Shown piece by piece: positions 1-9,976 of a stretch of 64,000 nucleotides of DNA. Under the pieces are notes generated by a model. The model did no database searches. It saw only the letters and a list, made by a program, of their open reading frames with translations, and was not told the origin of the DNA. Source of the DNA: Nitrososphaerales archaeon (GTDB taxonomy: Archaea > Thermoproteota > Nitrososphaeria > Nitrososphaerales > UBA57); the NCBI GenBank assembly GCA_047517285.1, contig JAKZTE010000003.1:474-64473 (forward strand), given 5' to 3'. Made by a program: the position numbers and the translations under genes. Positions within the stretch are counted from its first letter, which is position 1; each line of letters opens with the position of its first letter.

Positions 1-272
1 CCTTTGAGAATAGTAGAAGCGCTATTAGTACTTACATTAATTATTTGAAATTTCAGAATTATTTGATATTGTTGAGGGTCTTTTTTATATATATCAAACA
101 TGCTGGTCTCAACCTTTCTACTAAGAGCGTTTTTATCAGAAGTTATAGGAATATATGCAATAGGTTTACTTTCAAATTCAACCGGAGAAATTACAGTAAC
201 CCAGCGTTTTTCTTTCCATTTATCTTTAACTTTACCTCTTCCTCGACTTCTTGTTTTCGTCATCTTCGCCAT
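1..272 (-). CDS. rps3ae: Ribosomal protein eS1 (S3Ae), N-terminal part; gene runs off the left window edge
   Basis: Not in ORF track (truncated). Hand translation from ATG at 272: MAKMTKTRSRGRGKVKDKWKEKRWVTVISPVEFESKPIAYIPITSDKNALSRKVETSMFDIY... The KDKWK-x-K-x-W ... P-x-x-F N-terminus is typical of archaeal S3Ae. Co-directional, 13 nt after S7. Confidence 0.7.
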   Translation of the reverse strand, partial: MAKMTKTRSRGRGKVKDKWKEKRWVTVISPVEFESKPIAYIPITSDKNALSRKVETSMFDIYKKDPQQYQIILKFQIINVSTNSASTILK

Positions 273-284
273 CTGATCCACCAT

Positions 285-875
285 TTACCTTGCAGACATT
301 GCCATTCTTTCTTGTTCAAATTTCTTTTTAATTGAAAAGCAATTAGAGTCATTACGAGCAGCCATAATAATTTCATTAGCCAATATTTCTTCAGCGCTTT
401 TTTTAGTTGAAAATGATGTTTCACGAACTGCCAATGAGATGAATCTTAATGCAAGATCAACTCGGCGTTGTGGAGATATATCAACAGAAACATGATACCT
501 AACGCCACCGTATGCAATAGTGGTAGTGTCTTCATTAGGAGATGTATTTTCAATTGCTCGAACAAGTTGGTCAATGGGGTTAGAACCAGTTTGTAAATGA
601 ATTATCTCAAAAGCAGTTTTTACTATTTTAATTGATTTATATTTTTTACCTGCCATTCTTCCTGAGTTTTTGGCTTTCTTTTTACCAAAATGCATTAGAT
701 TGTTACATAATCTTTCAACAATATTAACACGAGACTTTGCAAATCGTTTATGTTCATGCCTTCCAAAAGAAGTAGGTATTAGAGTTGGTGCAAGACATAC
801 AACTTCTTTAAGACCAGGATCTTTAATCTCCACGCCAGAGAAGTTCCATTTTCTAAATAATAAAAGTTCGCTCAA
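285..875 (-). CDS. rps7: Ribosomal protein uS7
   Basis: 196 aa; archaeal S7 pattern (IVERLCNNLM, TGSNPIDQLVRAIEN, YGGVRYHVSVDISPQRRVDLALR); follows S12. Confidence 0.95.
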   Translation of the reverse strand: MSELLLFRKWNFSGVEIKDPGLKEVVCLAPTLIPTSFGRHEHKRFAKSRVNIVERLCNNLMHFGKKKAKNSGRMAGKKYKSIKIVKTAFEIIHLQTGSNPIDQLVRAIENTSPNEDTTTIAYGGVRYHVSVDISPQRRVDLALRFISLAVRETSFSTKKSAEEILANEIIMAARNDSNCFSIKKKFEQERMAMSAR

Positions 876-880
876 ATAAT

Positions 881-1321
881 CTACCTTCTTGGTTTTTCTT
901 TTCTACCATAAACAAGTTCATTCAAAGAAACGTCATTAACTTTATAGACTTGCCAGCGAACACCAGGTAAGTCTCCCATAGCACCGCCAGTTGAACCGCC
1001 TATTCCTTCAACATTAACTTCGTCGTGTTCATCGACAAAATTTAATGCGCCATCTCCTGGAAGAAAAGCAGTAATTTGTTTACCATTTTTAATAAGCTGA
1101 ATTCTTACACATTTTCGGATGGCAGAGTTAGGTTGTTTGGATTCAATACCAACTTTTTCTAAAACAATACCACGAGCTTGTGGAGCGCCGGATAATGGAT
1201 CTGATTTTTTATCTAATTTTAAGACACGTCTTTTATAATGGCCGTCAGACCATCTCATGTATTTACGTTTGTTATGTTGTTTTCTAGCAGCAAATTCTCC
1301 AACAGGTGATTTATTTCCCAT
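881..1321 (-). CDS. rps12: Ribosomal protein uS12
   Basis: 146 aa; [47 protein letters not shown] is the canonical archaeal/eukaryal S12/S23 core. Confidence 0.95.
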   Translation of the reverse strand: MGNKSPVGEFAARKQHNKRKYMRWSDGHYKRRVLKLDKKSDPLSGAPQARGIVLEKVGIESKQPNSAIRKCVRIQLIKNGKQITAFLPGDGALNFVDEHDEVNVEGIGGSTGGAMGDLPGVRWQVYKVNDVSLNELVYGRKEKPRR

Positions 1322-1397
1322 AATCAGTACATCCGTATATTATTGTTCATTGGCATATTTTCTAATTAATGTATGATGTAATTATTAAACATAGCCT

Positions 1398-1853
1398 TCA
1401 TTCATGGGTAATTTTTATATTATTGATTTCAAAATATCGTTTAGCAATCAATCTAGCCTTTTCTGCATTTCTACCAGCCCGTCCGACAATTGCTCCTGTT
1501 TTTGATGAATCAACTTTAATAGTGGCAGTTGTCCGGCCGTTAGGTTTCTCATTAATTTTAACATCGTTCACATATTTTGAATCTAATGCGTTTAAAATTA
1601 ATTGTTTAGGATCGTCAGAATATTCAACTAATTCAATGGTTTTTCCAATTGATTTTTGAATACTTTTAATTGACTGGCCATTTTTACCTATTGCCAGACC
1701 CATCTCACCATTATTAACTAAGAATATTACACGACCAACTTTATTATCAATTACACAATCACGAGCCATAGCTCCAGTAACTTTCTGGAATAATGACATT
1801 AGGTTAAATGCTTCTGATGTAATCTTTATTGTTTCTGGTTTATTTTTTAGCAA
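1398..1853 (-). CDS. nusA: Archaeal NusA-like transcription factor (two KH domains)
   Basis: 151 aa; two KH GxxG loops (AIGKNGQSIK, VGRAGRNAEK); conserved position between L30e and S12. Confidence 0.9.
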   Translation of the reverse strand: MLKNKPETIKITSEAFNLMSLFQKVTGAMARDCVIDNKVGRVIFLVNNGEMGLAIGKNGQSIKSIQKSIGKTIELVEYSDDPKQLILNALDSKYVNDVKINEKPNGRTTATIKVDSSKTGAIVGRAGRNAEKARLIAKRYFEINNIKITHE

Positions 1854-1910
1854 TTATTATTTCACATTTGATAATAATGATATTTTAATGTTATCTATTA
1901 ACAAAATATT

Positions 1911-2219
1911 TTATAATTTACTTAAGATTAAATTTAAATCTGACTCGTCAGCTTCAAGAATTGAAAAGACTGAAATTCTATAACTTAAACCAAGTGTTTT
2001 ACCTAATCCGATTGAGTTTTGCTCAGTAGTAATGAGTGTAATTGAATTTTGTTTACATTTTTCTTCAATTAAATTAAAATTTTCAGTGGAAATTGTTGAT
2101 GAACAAATGATTAATTTTGAATTATCTAATGATGAAATACTTTCTTTAAGTCCATATACTACTTTACCATTTTTACGAATATTTTTTAATGTTTTTTCAA
2201 ATGGTTTTAAACTTGTCAT
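1911..2219 (-). CDS. rpl30e: Ribosomal protein eL30 (L30e/L7Ae superfamily)
   Basis: 102 aa; GKVVYGLKESISSL...KLIICSS...LGKTLG pattern; canonical position directly downstream of rpoA. Confidence 0.8.
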   Translation of the reverse strand: MTSLKPFEKTLKNIRKNGKVVYGLKESISSLDNSKLIICSSTISTENFNLIEEKCKQNSITLITTEQNSIGLGKTLGLSYRISVFSILEADESDLNLILSKL

Positions 2220-2224
2220 ACAAA

Positions 2225-5200
2225 CTACCTTTTCATATATAATTCAATCATTCCAGTACCAACTGGAACAGGTAATCCAACAATTACATTTTCAGTAACT
2301 CCTCTTAGTTCTTCAATTTCACCTGTAACTGAGGCTTTAGCAATAGTAGGAACCGTAATTTCAAATGCGGCACGTGCTAGAACACTTTCTTTAGTACCAG
2401 CAATTCCATGTCTGCCAATAGATTTCAATACACCGGTAGATGACATTAAATCAGATACAAGAACTATATGTCTAATATCAACTTCAAGTCCTTGTTCGTC
2501 AAGAGTATGTGTGATTTCATTAATCAGTGTTGATCTTGCAGCCTCTATTCCAATAATCGCTGCAATTTCCCAGATGTTATTTGTAGTTGTACGAGCTGTA
2601 TCAACTCCAGGAATTTTAAAGACTTTACCAAGATTAGAACCTGATGTTTGGATAATCCATTCAGAATCTTTCTTTACAATAGTAATATTCTTAATATCTT
2701 TAATTCCAGCAATGCGAAGAGTAAGTAATTTATTTCGCAATGCGAATAAGGTTGATGCGTCAGTATCTTCTACAATAACCATAACAGATGTACTTTTATG
2801 GTCTACTTTGACGTCGCGTTTACCGCCAACTCCAACGATTTCTCCAAGTTTATCTAATGTAATACCAAAATCGTCCAGAGTATCAGATTCAAATTTAAGT
2901 TTTATACCTTCAATATAATCAACTTCAGTTTGTGAAACTAAATCCATTACAGTTGTATAGAGAATCTTTTTACCAATTTCTCGTGCTTTGTCGGAGGTTT
3001 TGCGATGGGTTGATTTAAGATAAATATCCATAGAAGGCTTAGAAGGAACTTTTCGGGCGTCAACCAATTCAATCAATCGTGGTAAACCAAGAGTTACATC
3101 TTTTTCTTGAACTCCTGCAAAGTGGAATGTTCTAAGAGTCATCTGAGTGCCAGGTTCGCCAATTGATTGAGCGGCAACTATTCCACTAGCTTCTCCAGGT
3201 TCTACCAAGGCTTTATTAGTTAATTCTAATGTTTTCTTTAAGATATTTTTCATACCGGATTCGGTGATAGGATTGTTAGAAAATGAATTTGTCAAGTCGT
3301 CAATAACTTTTTCGTTGAATTTAGATTTATAAGGTTTAATAATAGAATCAATTTTTTTAGAGTCAGATTGGGATTTGGAAGTATTATTAATCATAGAGAT
3401 GTCAACTTGCCTACTAATATTAACACCGTCGCCATGATCACTTTTTGCAGGATCTATTCCATCTTCGCCATATAGGAATTGAATAATATTTCCATGAGGG
3501 TCACGAACAGTTCGATCGTATTCAACGCGAATATGTTCTAATGCATTAATCAATCGACGTTGCATGTAACCACTTTGTTGAGTTCTTACAGCAGTATCTA
3601 CTAACCCTTCACGGCCCCCCATAGCATGGAAAAAGAATTCTGTAGGAGTGAGTCCTGTACGATAATTTGATTTTACAAATCCTTTAGCATCAGGAGACAT
3701 ATCTCCTTTCTTGAAATGGGTTAAAGCGCGTTGATTAAAACCGTTCTGAATACGTTTTCCTCTTACTGACTGTTGTCCTAATGCGGCAGTCATCTGTCCA
3801 AGATTTAGACTAGAACCTCTAGCTCCAGTTCGGGCCATAATTACTCCAGAATTGTCGTCAAACAATGCAGTGTCAGAAACCCTTCCAGCTTTATCTCTTG
3901 CTTTCGATAATTCATGAACAATATGAGCTTCTAATGCCTCGGCGTCAGACATACCTCTAGCACTAACTAATTCACCATTAGCAGATTTAGTAATTAATGC
4001 ATCAACATTAACATAAGAATCACTAATACTTTTAAAGACCTTTTTCTCTGCAGGTTTATCAAGAGTTAGTTCTTTATAACTTAAAGAGAAACCCCGATTA
4101 CTAATGTATGATCTAAGAACTGTTAATACAGAATTAAGAAACTTACGTGCCTCTTCAGAACCATAATCTTTACTAAGTCTATGGAGAATAGAATCAGGTT
4201 CTTCAGAACCAATTGCAGCTCTGTCAATAAGACCAGTAATGAGTTGTCCGTCTTTTATTAGAACGTCATTTGTGAGACCTTTTGCTCGCCCCCATTTAGA
4301 AGAGAATTTATAATTAAAATCTTTAGGTAAAAATAAGGAAAATAATTGTTTGCCATTATATAATGAAGGATTAGATTTGACAGGTTTAGGTAATGGACCA
4401 ATATAACCGCCAGTTAATGCAAGGTCTGAGAATTCGTCGGCTTCAAGAAGAGTATCATCATGTGTTAATAGATATCCAGCAGAAATATAATCACGAGTTC
4501 CTCCAATTATAGGACCGCCATATCGTGGTGAAATTATTTGATCATGGACCATCATGAGACTTAATGCTTCTGCACGAGATTCTGCGCTTTGAGGAATGTG
4601 CAAATTCATTTCGTCGCCGTCAAAATCAGCATTATAAGGAGGGCAAACTGCAGGATGTAACCTAAATGTACGATATGGAAGGACGCGAATTGAATGTCCC
4701 ATAACAGACATGCGGTGCAATGATGGTTGTCGATTAAATATTACGATATCTCCATCAATCAAATGACGTTCAATAACAAATCCGTCCTCTAAACTATCAA
4801 CTAATGCTTGTTTATCTTCAACATAATCCAATCTAATTTTTACGCCATCTGGTCGAATGACATAATTTGCACCGGGATGCTTATCGGAACCGTTTAGAAC
4901 TAATTCATTAAGGAATTTAGCATTAAGTTTTGAATATTTCTCAGGAATTGAAAGTCTTTTTGCAACTGCTTCAGGAACACCAACTTCAGATATATCCAAA
5001 GAAGGATCAGGTGAGATAACAGTTCTGGCGGAAAAATCAACACGTTTACCAGACAGACTACCTCGGAATCGACCTTCTTTTCCTTTTAATCGTTGACTAA
5101 TTGTTTTTAATGGTCTACCAGAACGGTGATGAGATTGAGGAATTCCTGAAACTTCATTATCAAAGAAAGTAGTAACATGATATTGCAATAAATCAACTAA

Positions 5201-6004
5201 ATCTTGTACGATAAGAGGAGGAGTTCCTGATTCTTTACTTTCACGCACACGTTGATTAACACGAAGAATATCAACAACCTTATGAGTTAAATCGTCCTCG
5301 GAACGAATTCCTGTTTCTAAAGTTATAGAAGGTCTAACAACAACAGGAGGAACGCCCAATACTTGTAAAACAAACCATTCAGGTCTGACTGATTTAGGAT
5401 TGTAATTGATTAGGCTCATATCATCGTCGGTTATACGTTCTAGTCTTTCACGAATAGCATTAGGAAGAAGACGAGTGGCACCGCCAGATTCAGTAATTTC
5501 ATGAAATATTGTAGGTTTTAAAAATTCAACTTTATACTGTTCAGTACCACAGTGTGGACATAGCATAACCTTCTTAGTTTTCATGAATAATTGTTTAGCA
5601 ATTTTATCACGAACTTTAGGATTGAATTTAGATTCTTCTTCAATTTTTGCTTTGAAGTGTTCAGCTTCTTCAGTTAACATTTTAAATCGTCCACAAACAC
5701 GACAGAATGAGTGTAGTAGTTTGTTTACTTCTTCGGCAAATGCAATGTGTAAAACAGGTTCTGCAAGTTCAATGTGTCCAAAATGGCCAGGGCATCTTAA
5801 AGCAGTATTACCGCAAGTTGCGCATTTTTGTCCAGGTTCAAGTGTACCCAATCGATTATCCATTAAACCGCCTTGAACAGGCATGCCATCTTCGTCATAA
5901 GTTTCTGGAGCAGTAATTTCTGTAACTGAGTATTTTCTCACTTCACTAGGAGACAATATTGAGAAACGTATTCCGCCAATTTTTTTAAGATTTTCAGGGG
6001 ACAT
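2225..6004 (-). CDS. rpoA: DNA-directed RNA polymerase subunit A, unsplit (A-prime and A-double-prime in one ORF)
   Basis: 1259 aa; N-terminal Zn motif CATCGNTALRCPGHFGHIEL, catalytic NADFDGDEMNLH, and a C-terminal A-double-prime-like region (GEPGTQMTLRTFHFAG) in one continuous frame. Confidence 0.96.
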   Translation of the reverse strand: MSPENLKKIGGIRFSILSPSEVRKYSVTEITAPETYDEDGMPVQGGLMDNRLGTLEPGQKCATCGNTALRCPGHFGHIELAEPVLHIAFAEEVNKLLHSFCRVCGRFKMLTEEAEHFKAKIEEESKFNPKVRDKIAKQLFMKTKKVMLCPHCGTEQYKVEFLKPTIFHEITESGGATRLLPNAIRERLERITDDDMSLINYNPKSVRPEWFVLQVLGVPPVVVRPSITLETGIRSEDDLTHKVVDILRVNQRVRESKESGTPPLIVQDLVDLLQYHVTTFFDNEVSGIPQSHHRSGRPLKTISQRLKGKEGRFRGSLSGKRVDFSARTVISPDPSLDISEVGVPEAVAKRLSIPEKYSKLNAKFLNELVLNGSDKHPGANYVIRPDGVKIRLDYVEDKQALVDSLEDGFVIERHLIDGDIVIFNRQPSLHRMSVMGHSIRVLPYRTFRLHPAVCPPYNADFDGDEMNLHIPQSAESRAEALSLMMVHDQIISPRYGGPIIGGTRDYISAGYLLTHDDTLLEADEFSDLALTGGYIGPLPKPVKSNPSLYNGKQLFSLFLPKDFNYKFSSKWGRAKGLTNDVLIKDGQLITGLIDRAAIGSEEPDSILHRLSKDYGSEEARKFLNSVLTVLRSYISNRGFSLSYKELTLDKPAEKKVFKSISDSYVNVDALITKSANGELVSARGMSDAEALEAHIVHELSKARDKAGRVSDTALFDDNSGVIMARTGARGSSLNLGQMTAALGQQSVRGKRIQNGFNQRALTHFKKGDMSPDAKGFVKSNYRTGLTPTEFFFHAMGGREGLVDTAVRTQQSGYMQRRLINALEHIRVEYDRTVRDPHGNIIQFLYGEDGIDPAKSDHGDGVNISRQVDISMINNTSKSQSDSKKIDSIIKPYKSKFNEKVIDDLTNSFSNNPITESGMKNILKKTLELTNKALVEPGEASGIVAAQSIGEPGTQMTLRTFHFAGVQEKDVTLGLPRLIELVDARKVPSKPSMDIYLKSTHRKTSDKAREIGKKILYTTVMDLVSQTEVDYIEGIKLKFESDTLDDFGITLDKLGEIVGVGGKRDVKVDHKSTSVMVIVEDTDASTLFALRNKLLTLRIAGIKDIKNITIVKKDSEWIIQTSGSNLGKVFKIPGVDTARTTTNNIWEIAAIIGIEAARSTLINEITHTLDEQGLEVDIRHIVLVSDLMSSTGVLKSIGRHGIAGTKESVLARAAFEITVPTIAKASVTGEIEELRGVTENVIVGLPVPVGTGMIELYMKR

Positions 6005-6008
6005 ATTA

Positions 6009-9000
6009 TTACACTTGATCCTCTAGGAGTAATCTTGGGGCAATGTTAAGACTCATCATCTCTTGTAACAATAATTTAAAAGCATAAGCAATAGTAACAG
6101 TAGAGATTTGTGCGTCCTCTCCATCAATTTTACATATATATTTTCTTTGTTGTCCATCATAATATGCAAGTAAACCACAATGATCGCAAACATTAACATT
6201 AGTTTTATCTGATTCGTCTAATAATCTGTCTTTAAGAACCATAGAAGCGCCATATGCAATAAGACAGTCTCTTTCCATTTCACCGAATCTTAGACCGCCT
6301 CCACGAGCTCGCCCTTCAGTAGGTTGTTTAGTAAGCATTTGTACTTGACCACGTGCACGAGCGTGCATTTTATCAGCAACCATGTGATGAAGTTTTTGAT
6401 AGTAAACTACTCCAATAAAAATTTCCACTTTGAGTTTCTTACCGGTTTTTCCATCATACATAGTTTCAGAACCACTAGATTCGAAACCGTATTCTTTTAA
6501 TTTATTTCCCAGATCTTCGGCATTTTCTCCTGCAAAAGTTGAACCATCGACAGAAGTACCGCGAAATGAAGCAGCTTTTCCGCCAATAGATTCGATAAAC
6601 TGTCCAACGGTCATTCTAGATGGAAATGCATGTGGATTAATAATAATGTCAGGAACAACTCCAGATTCAGTATATGGCATATCTTCTTGATTAACTAATA
6701 AACCAACAATTCCTTTTTGTCCATGTCGTGAAGCAAATTTATCACCAATCTCAGGAATACGCATGTCTCTAACACGAATTTTATATAATTTTTCTCCGTC
6801 TTCGTTTTGGGTCATAAATACTGAATCAACAACACCAAATTCAGAAGGACGTACTGCAATAGAAGTATCGCGTCGATATGGTCCTTGCATATCAAATGCT
6901 TTGTATTCTTCCATAAATCGGGGTGGACTAGTTCTTCCGATAATAACGTCGCCTCCAGAGACTACCGATTCATGCATGATTATTCCATCACTTTCAAGTA
7001 ATCTATAGTATTTTTCACCTCGATAACCACGAGTATTTTCATCAGAATTAGGAATCTCAAAATTATCTTTCATACCGCCCAGATATTGTTTAGCTTCTGC
7101 ATCATATAGACGATAGAAGAATGAACGTGCAAGGCCTCGCTGAACAGACGATTTATTCATAACTATAGCGTCTTCAATATTATAACCTTCATATGACATG
7201 ACAGCAACAACGCAATTTTGTCCAGTAGGACGTTTATCAATATTCAAGAGAGATGTTGCACGAGTTTTAACTAATTGATTTTGTGGGTATACGAGAAGAT
7301 GTTCTCGAACAGTTGTATTATAATTATAATTAGGTGTTGGAAATCCTAATGATTGTTTAGACATAGCAGATTGATAGGTATTTCTTGGTGACTGGTTGTG
7401 TTCTGCATAAGGAATGAGTGATGCAGCTACGCCCAGAATAGCAGATGAGAATAGTTCTACATGAGTATGTTCATTACTGAATTCAGTAGTACCGTCAATT
7501 GCCACTAAAGCATTTTCTTCTTCATTAGCGTCAAGAAGATCAACTACACCCATTTGTATCAGGTCTTGCCAACTTAACTCGCCATTTTGAGTTCTGGAAA
7601 CGACATCATGATTGACAAGTGGTTTTCCGTTAGATACAACTATAAGAGGTCTAAGAACTCTACCAGAACTTAATGAAACATGTATACGAGTAGAAGCGTT
7701 TTTATTTGGATATTTTTGTAGATTAATACTTGCATGAGAATGAATTTGTCCTTGTCTCCTCATATTACGAAATGAAGCAACAAGTTGGGTTTCGTCTTTA
7801 GTATAACCTATAAGACGTCCATCTACAAATATTTTACAGAAGCGACTTCGATCTTCCATAGAAATATCTCTAGAAGGTACTATACCAATTTGAGTTAATT
7901 TATCAATTATATCATCAAAAGAAGAAGAGACAGAGATAACAGAAGAAAGAGCAATATTTTTCACCAAACCACAATTTGCGCCTTCTGGTGTTTCGCTTGG
8001 ACAAATCCTGCCATAATGAGTTGAATGTAAATCTCGTGCTTCAAAGTTTGGTTGTGTACGGCTTAAAGGTGATTGAATACGACGAAGATGGCTAAGTAAT
8101 GACAAATAATTAGTGCGATCAAGTAGCTGAGTAACGCCGACTTTGCCTCTACCCCAATTACCAGTAGCTACTGCGTTAGCGAGTTTATCAGTAATAATAC
8201 CAGGGCGGATAGATGCACCAACGATATTTGAGCCTTTTCTATGAGAAGTACGCTCTAATTGATATTTCATATCGCGAACCAAATTACGAAAAGCGGTTCT
8301 AAATAGATCTGCAATCATTGGACCTGCAAATTTAACAATTTTATTTCCATAATGGTCCTTGTCGTCTTGATCAATCCAGTTCATACGAAGTTCTAGAAGT
8401 TTACAAACAGCTTCTCCAATAAATATAGCCTTATCATATCGATTTTCTAGGTTTTTACCCAAGTGTGGTAAAAGACCCCAATCAAGAATAGATTCGGCTT
8501 TTCTGATACGGAATTCATCAAGCATGCCATGAGCAACACGATTACCAATATACATAAGAGCTTTATGACTACAATCTCCTATTTTTCCACAGACTTCGTT
8601 ATGGCCGCAATTTTCGAAATCAGGGTTTTCTTTATCAAAGTCTTCTTGAGTCTGGTCTTTTGCTTTTTCTACTATTTTAAGTCCGCAGACTTTACAAATA
8701 TTACAATTATTATCTCTATCAAGAACTGCTTTTTCAAAAGTAATTTCTAGAAGGTTATGAACTTGATTTTGGTTTGAAATTAAAGATGCAATCTCTCTAT
8801 CATTTTCAATTCCAAGAGCACGAATCAATGTTACTATGGGCAAGTCTACTGGAGAACTTGGAAGTTTAACCATGATTGCGCCATCGCTCTTTAGAGTCAA
8901 TTCAAGTTTCGCACGATAGCCAACAATAGATGAATAAATTTTTGAACGATGAACTATATTTCCACCAACTTTATCTTTTTCAACAATAATTTTGTTTGGA

Positions 9001-9503
9001 GAAAGGTCTTCTAGTCCAACAATAATACGTTCTGAGCCATTTATGATAAAATAGCCTCCAGGATCCAATGGATCTTCGCCTTTTTCAATCATTTGTTTTT
9101 CAGCCATTTTACTTGTTTCGCACTTGGCAGATCTAACCATAATAGGAATATCGCCAATATGATGCTTTTGTGTTTCTCTAGCTACACCGTTTTCTTCAAC
9201 AGTCATTTCAAGATGAATAGGAGCAGAATAAGCAAGATCACGTAATCGTGTTTCAAGTGGAAGAATTCTACTTGTTGAACCATCTAATTCAACAGATCGT
9301 GGTTCGCCGATAAAGAGTTTACCAAAAGATACACGGTATGGAGTACCAGTTGTTTCAACGTCAATGCCACCGACCTCATCTACAATATCTTGTATTCCAT
9401 GATCAAGAAATTCATTATAAGAATTAAGATGATGGCTAGCTATTCCTTCTTTTTTAATCATGTTTTCAATGATTGCCCAATTTTCATTTGGTATTGAACT
9501 CAT
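6009..9503 (-). CDS. rpoB: DNA-directed RNA polymerase subunit B (unsplit)
   Basis: 1164 aa; GDKFASRHGQKG, GEMERDCLIAYGAS, C-terminal Zn-ribbon region CDHCGLLAY. Confidence 0.97.
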   Translation of the reverse strand: MSSIPNENWAIIENMIKKEGIASHHLNSYNEFLDHGIQDIVDEVGGIDVETTGTPYRVSFGKLFIGEPRSVELDGSTSRILPLETRLRDLAYSAPIHLEMTVEENGVARETQKHHIGDIPIMVRSAKCETSKMAEKQMIEKGEDPLDPGGYFIINGSERIIVGLEDLSPNKIIVEKDKVGGNIVHRSKIYSSIVGYRAKLELTLKSDGAIMVKLPSSPVDLPIVTLIRALGIENDREIASLISNQNQVHNLLEITFEKAVLDRDNNCNICKVCGLKIVEKAKDQTQEDFDKENPDFENCGHNEVCGKIGDCSHKALMYIGNRVAHGMLDEFRIRKAESILDWGLLPHLGKNLENRYDKAIFIGEAVCKLLELRMNWIDQDDKDHYGNKIVKFAGPMIADLFRTAFRNLVRDMKYQLERTSHRKGSNIVGASIRPGIITDKLANAVATGNWGRGKVGVTQLLDRTNYLSLLSHLRRIQSPLSRTQPNFEARDLHSTHYGRICPSETPEGANCGLVKNIALSSVISVSSSFDDIIDKLTQIGIVPSRDISMEDRSRFCKIFVDGRLIGYTKDETQLVASFRNMRRQGQIHSHASINLQKYPNKNASTRIHVSLSSGRVLRPLIVVSNGKPLVNHDVVSRTQNGELSWQDLIQMGVVDLLDANEEENALVAIDGTTEFSNEHTHVELFSSAILGVAASLIPYAEHNQSPRNTYQSAMSKQSLGFPTPNYNYNTTVREHLLVYPQNQLVKTRATSLLNIDKRPTGQNCVVAVMSYEGYNIEDAIVMNKSSVQRGLARSFFYRLYDAEAKQYLGGMKDNFEIPNSDENTRGYRGEKYYRLLESDGIIMHESVVSGGDVIIGRTSPPRFMEEYKAFDMQGPYRRDTSIAVRPSEFGVVDSVFMTQNEDGEKLYKIRVRDMRIPEIGDKFASRHGQKGIVGLLVNQEDMPYTESGVVPDIIINPHAFPSRMTVGQFIESIGGKAASFRGTSVDGSTFAGENAEDLGNKLKEYGFESSGSETMYDGKTGKKLKVEIFIGVVYYQKLHHMVADKMHARARGQVQMLTKQPTEGRARGGGLRFGEMERDCLIAYGASMVLKDRLLDESDKTNVNVCDHCGLLAYYDGQQRKYICKIDGEDAQISTVTIAYAFKLLLQEMMSLNIAPRLLLEDQV

Positions 9504-9814
9504 TATTGTTCAATCACCATTCTATAGTAGACAGTATTGCCACTTGTTGGACTAGGTCTCGATATTTTTATTACATCGCCCAACTTAACTTCAAGATTTT
9601 CAATTGCTGGATCAGATAAAGATATTTTCGGAAGTTTAGCATATTCGACATTAAAAGTCTTTAACAATTCAGTAACTTGATCATCAGGGATTTTCTCATG
9701 TTTAGGAGATAAAACATGAAGAGTAGCATCGTACTCTTGAGTTTCTTCCTTTGGAACAACTTTCTTTGGTTCCTTTTTTGGAGTAACTTTTTTTGGAACT
9801 TTTTTTACAGGCAA
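9503..9814 (-). CDS. rpoH: RNA polymerase subunit H (Rpb5 homologue) with a Lys-rich N-terminal extension
   Basis: The C-terminal ~75 aa (HVLSPKHEKIPDDQV...LPKISLSDPA...GDVIKISRPSPTSGNTVYYRMV) match RpoH. It overlaps the rpoB start by 1 nt. The only in-frame start candidate is TTG at 9814. Confidence 0.85.
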   Translation of the reverse strand: MPVKKVPKKVTPKKEPKKVVPKEETQEYDATLHVLSPKHEKIPDDQVTELLKTFNVEYAKLPKISLSDPAIENLEVKLGDVIKISRPSPTSGNTVYYRMVIEQ

Positions 9815-9829
9815 CTACAGACCCACCAA

Positions 9830-9839
9830 TATATAAAAA
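9830..9839 (-). promoter_or_regulatory. Candidate TATA box upstream of the rpoH-rpoB-rpoA operon
   Basis: The minus strand reads TTTTTATATA, centred ~20 nt upstream of the TTG at 9814. The spacing is short for a leaderless start, so the start codon or the TATA call is uncertain. Confidence 0.3.
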
Positions 9840-9976
9840 TTAGAAATAATTAATGACAACGGATATAGACAAATTGGAAAATGCCGACTTATAATCTTTG
9901 TCTTTTATTGCAGAATTGATTTTTTTTTTAATCAATTATGAGAAAAAAATAAATGCAATATCAAATGAGATAAAAT

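Noticed and set aside
45-335. 96-aa plus-strand ORF at the left edge
   Set aside because: Phe/Asn-rich low-complexity product. It lies antisense to the well-supported S3Ae and S7 genes, so it is a mirror-frame artefact of AT-rich coding DNA.
2511-2918. 135-aa plus-strand ORF inside rpoA (similar cases: 5583-5916, 6430-7008, 8529-8750, 11716-12150, 26635-27045, 37769-38197, 40623-41043, 57382-57750, 62410-62736)
   Set aside because: All lie antisense within genes that have clear family motifs. Their compositions are typical of reverse-frame translation, and none has a recognisable domain.
9914-9937. Inverted repeat AATTGAT-T9A-ATCAATT between rpoH and the CoA-binding gene
   Set aside because: It lies upstream of both divergent genes, so it cannot be a terminator. 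The 7-bp AT-only stem is weak and plausibly arises by chance.
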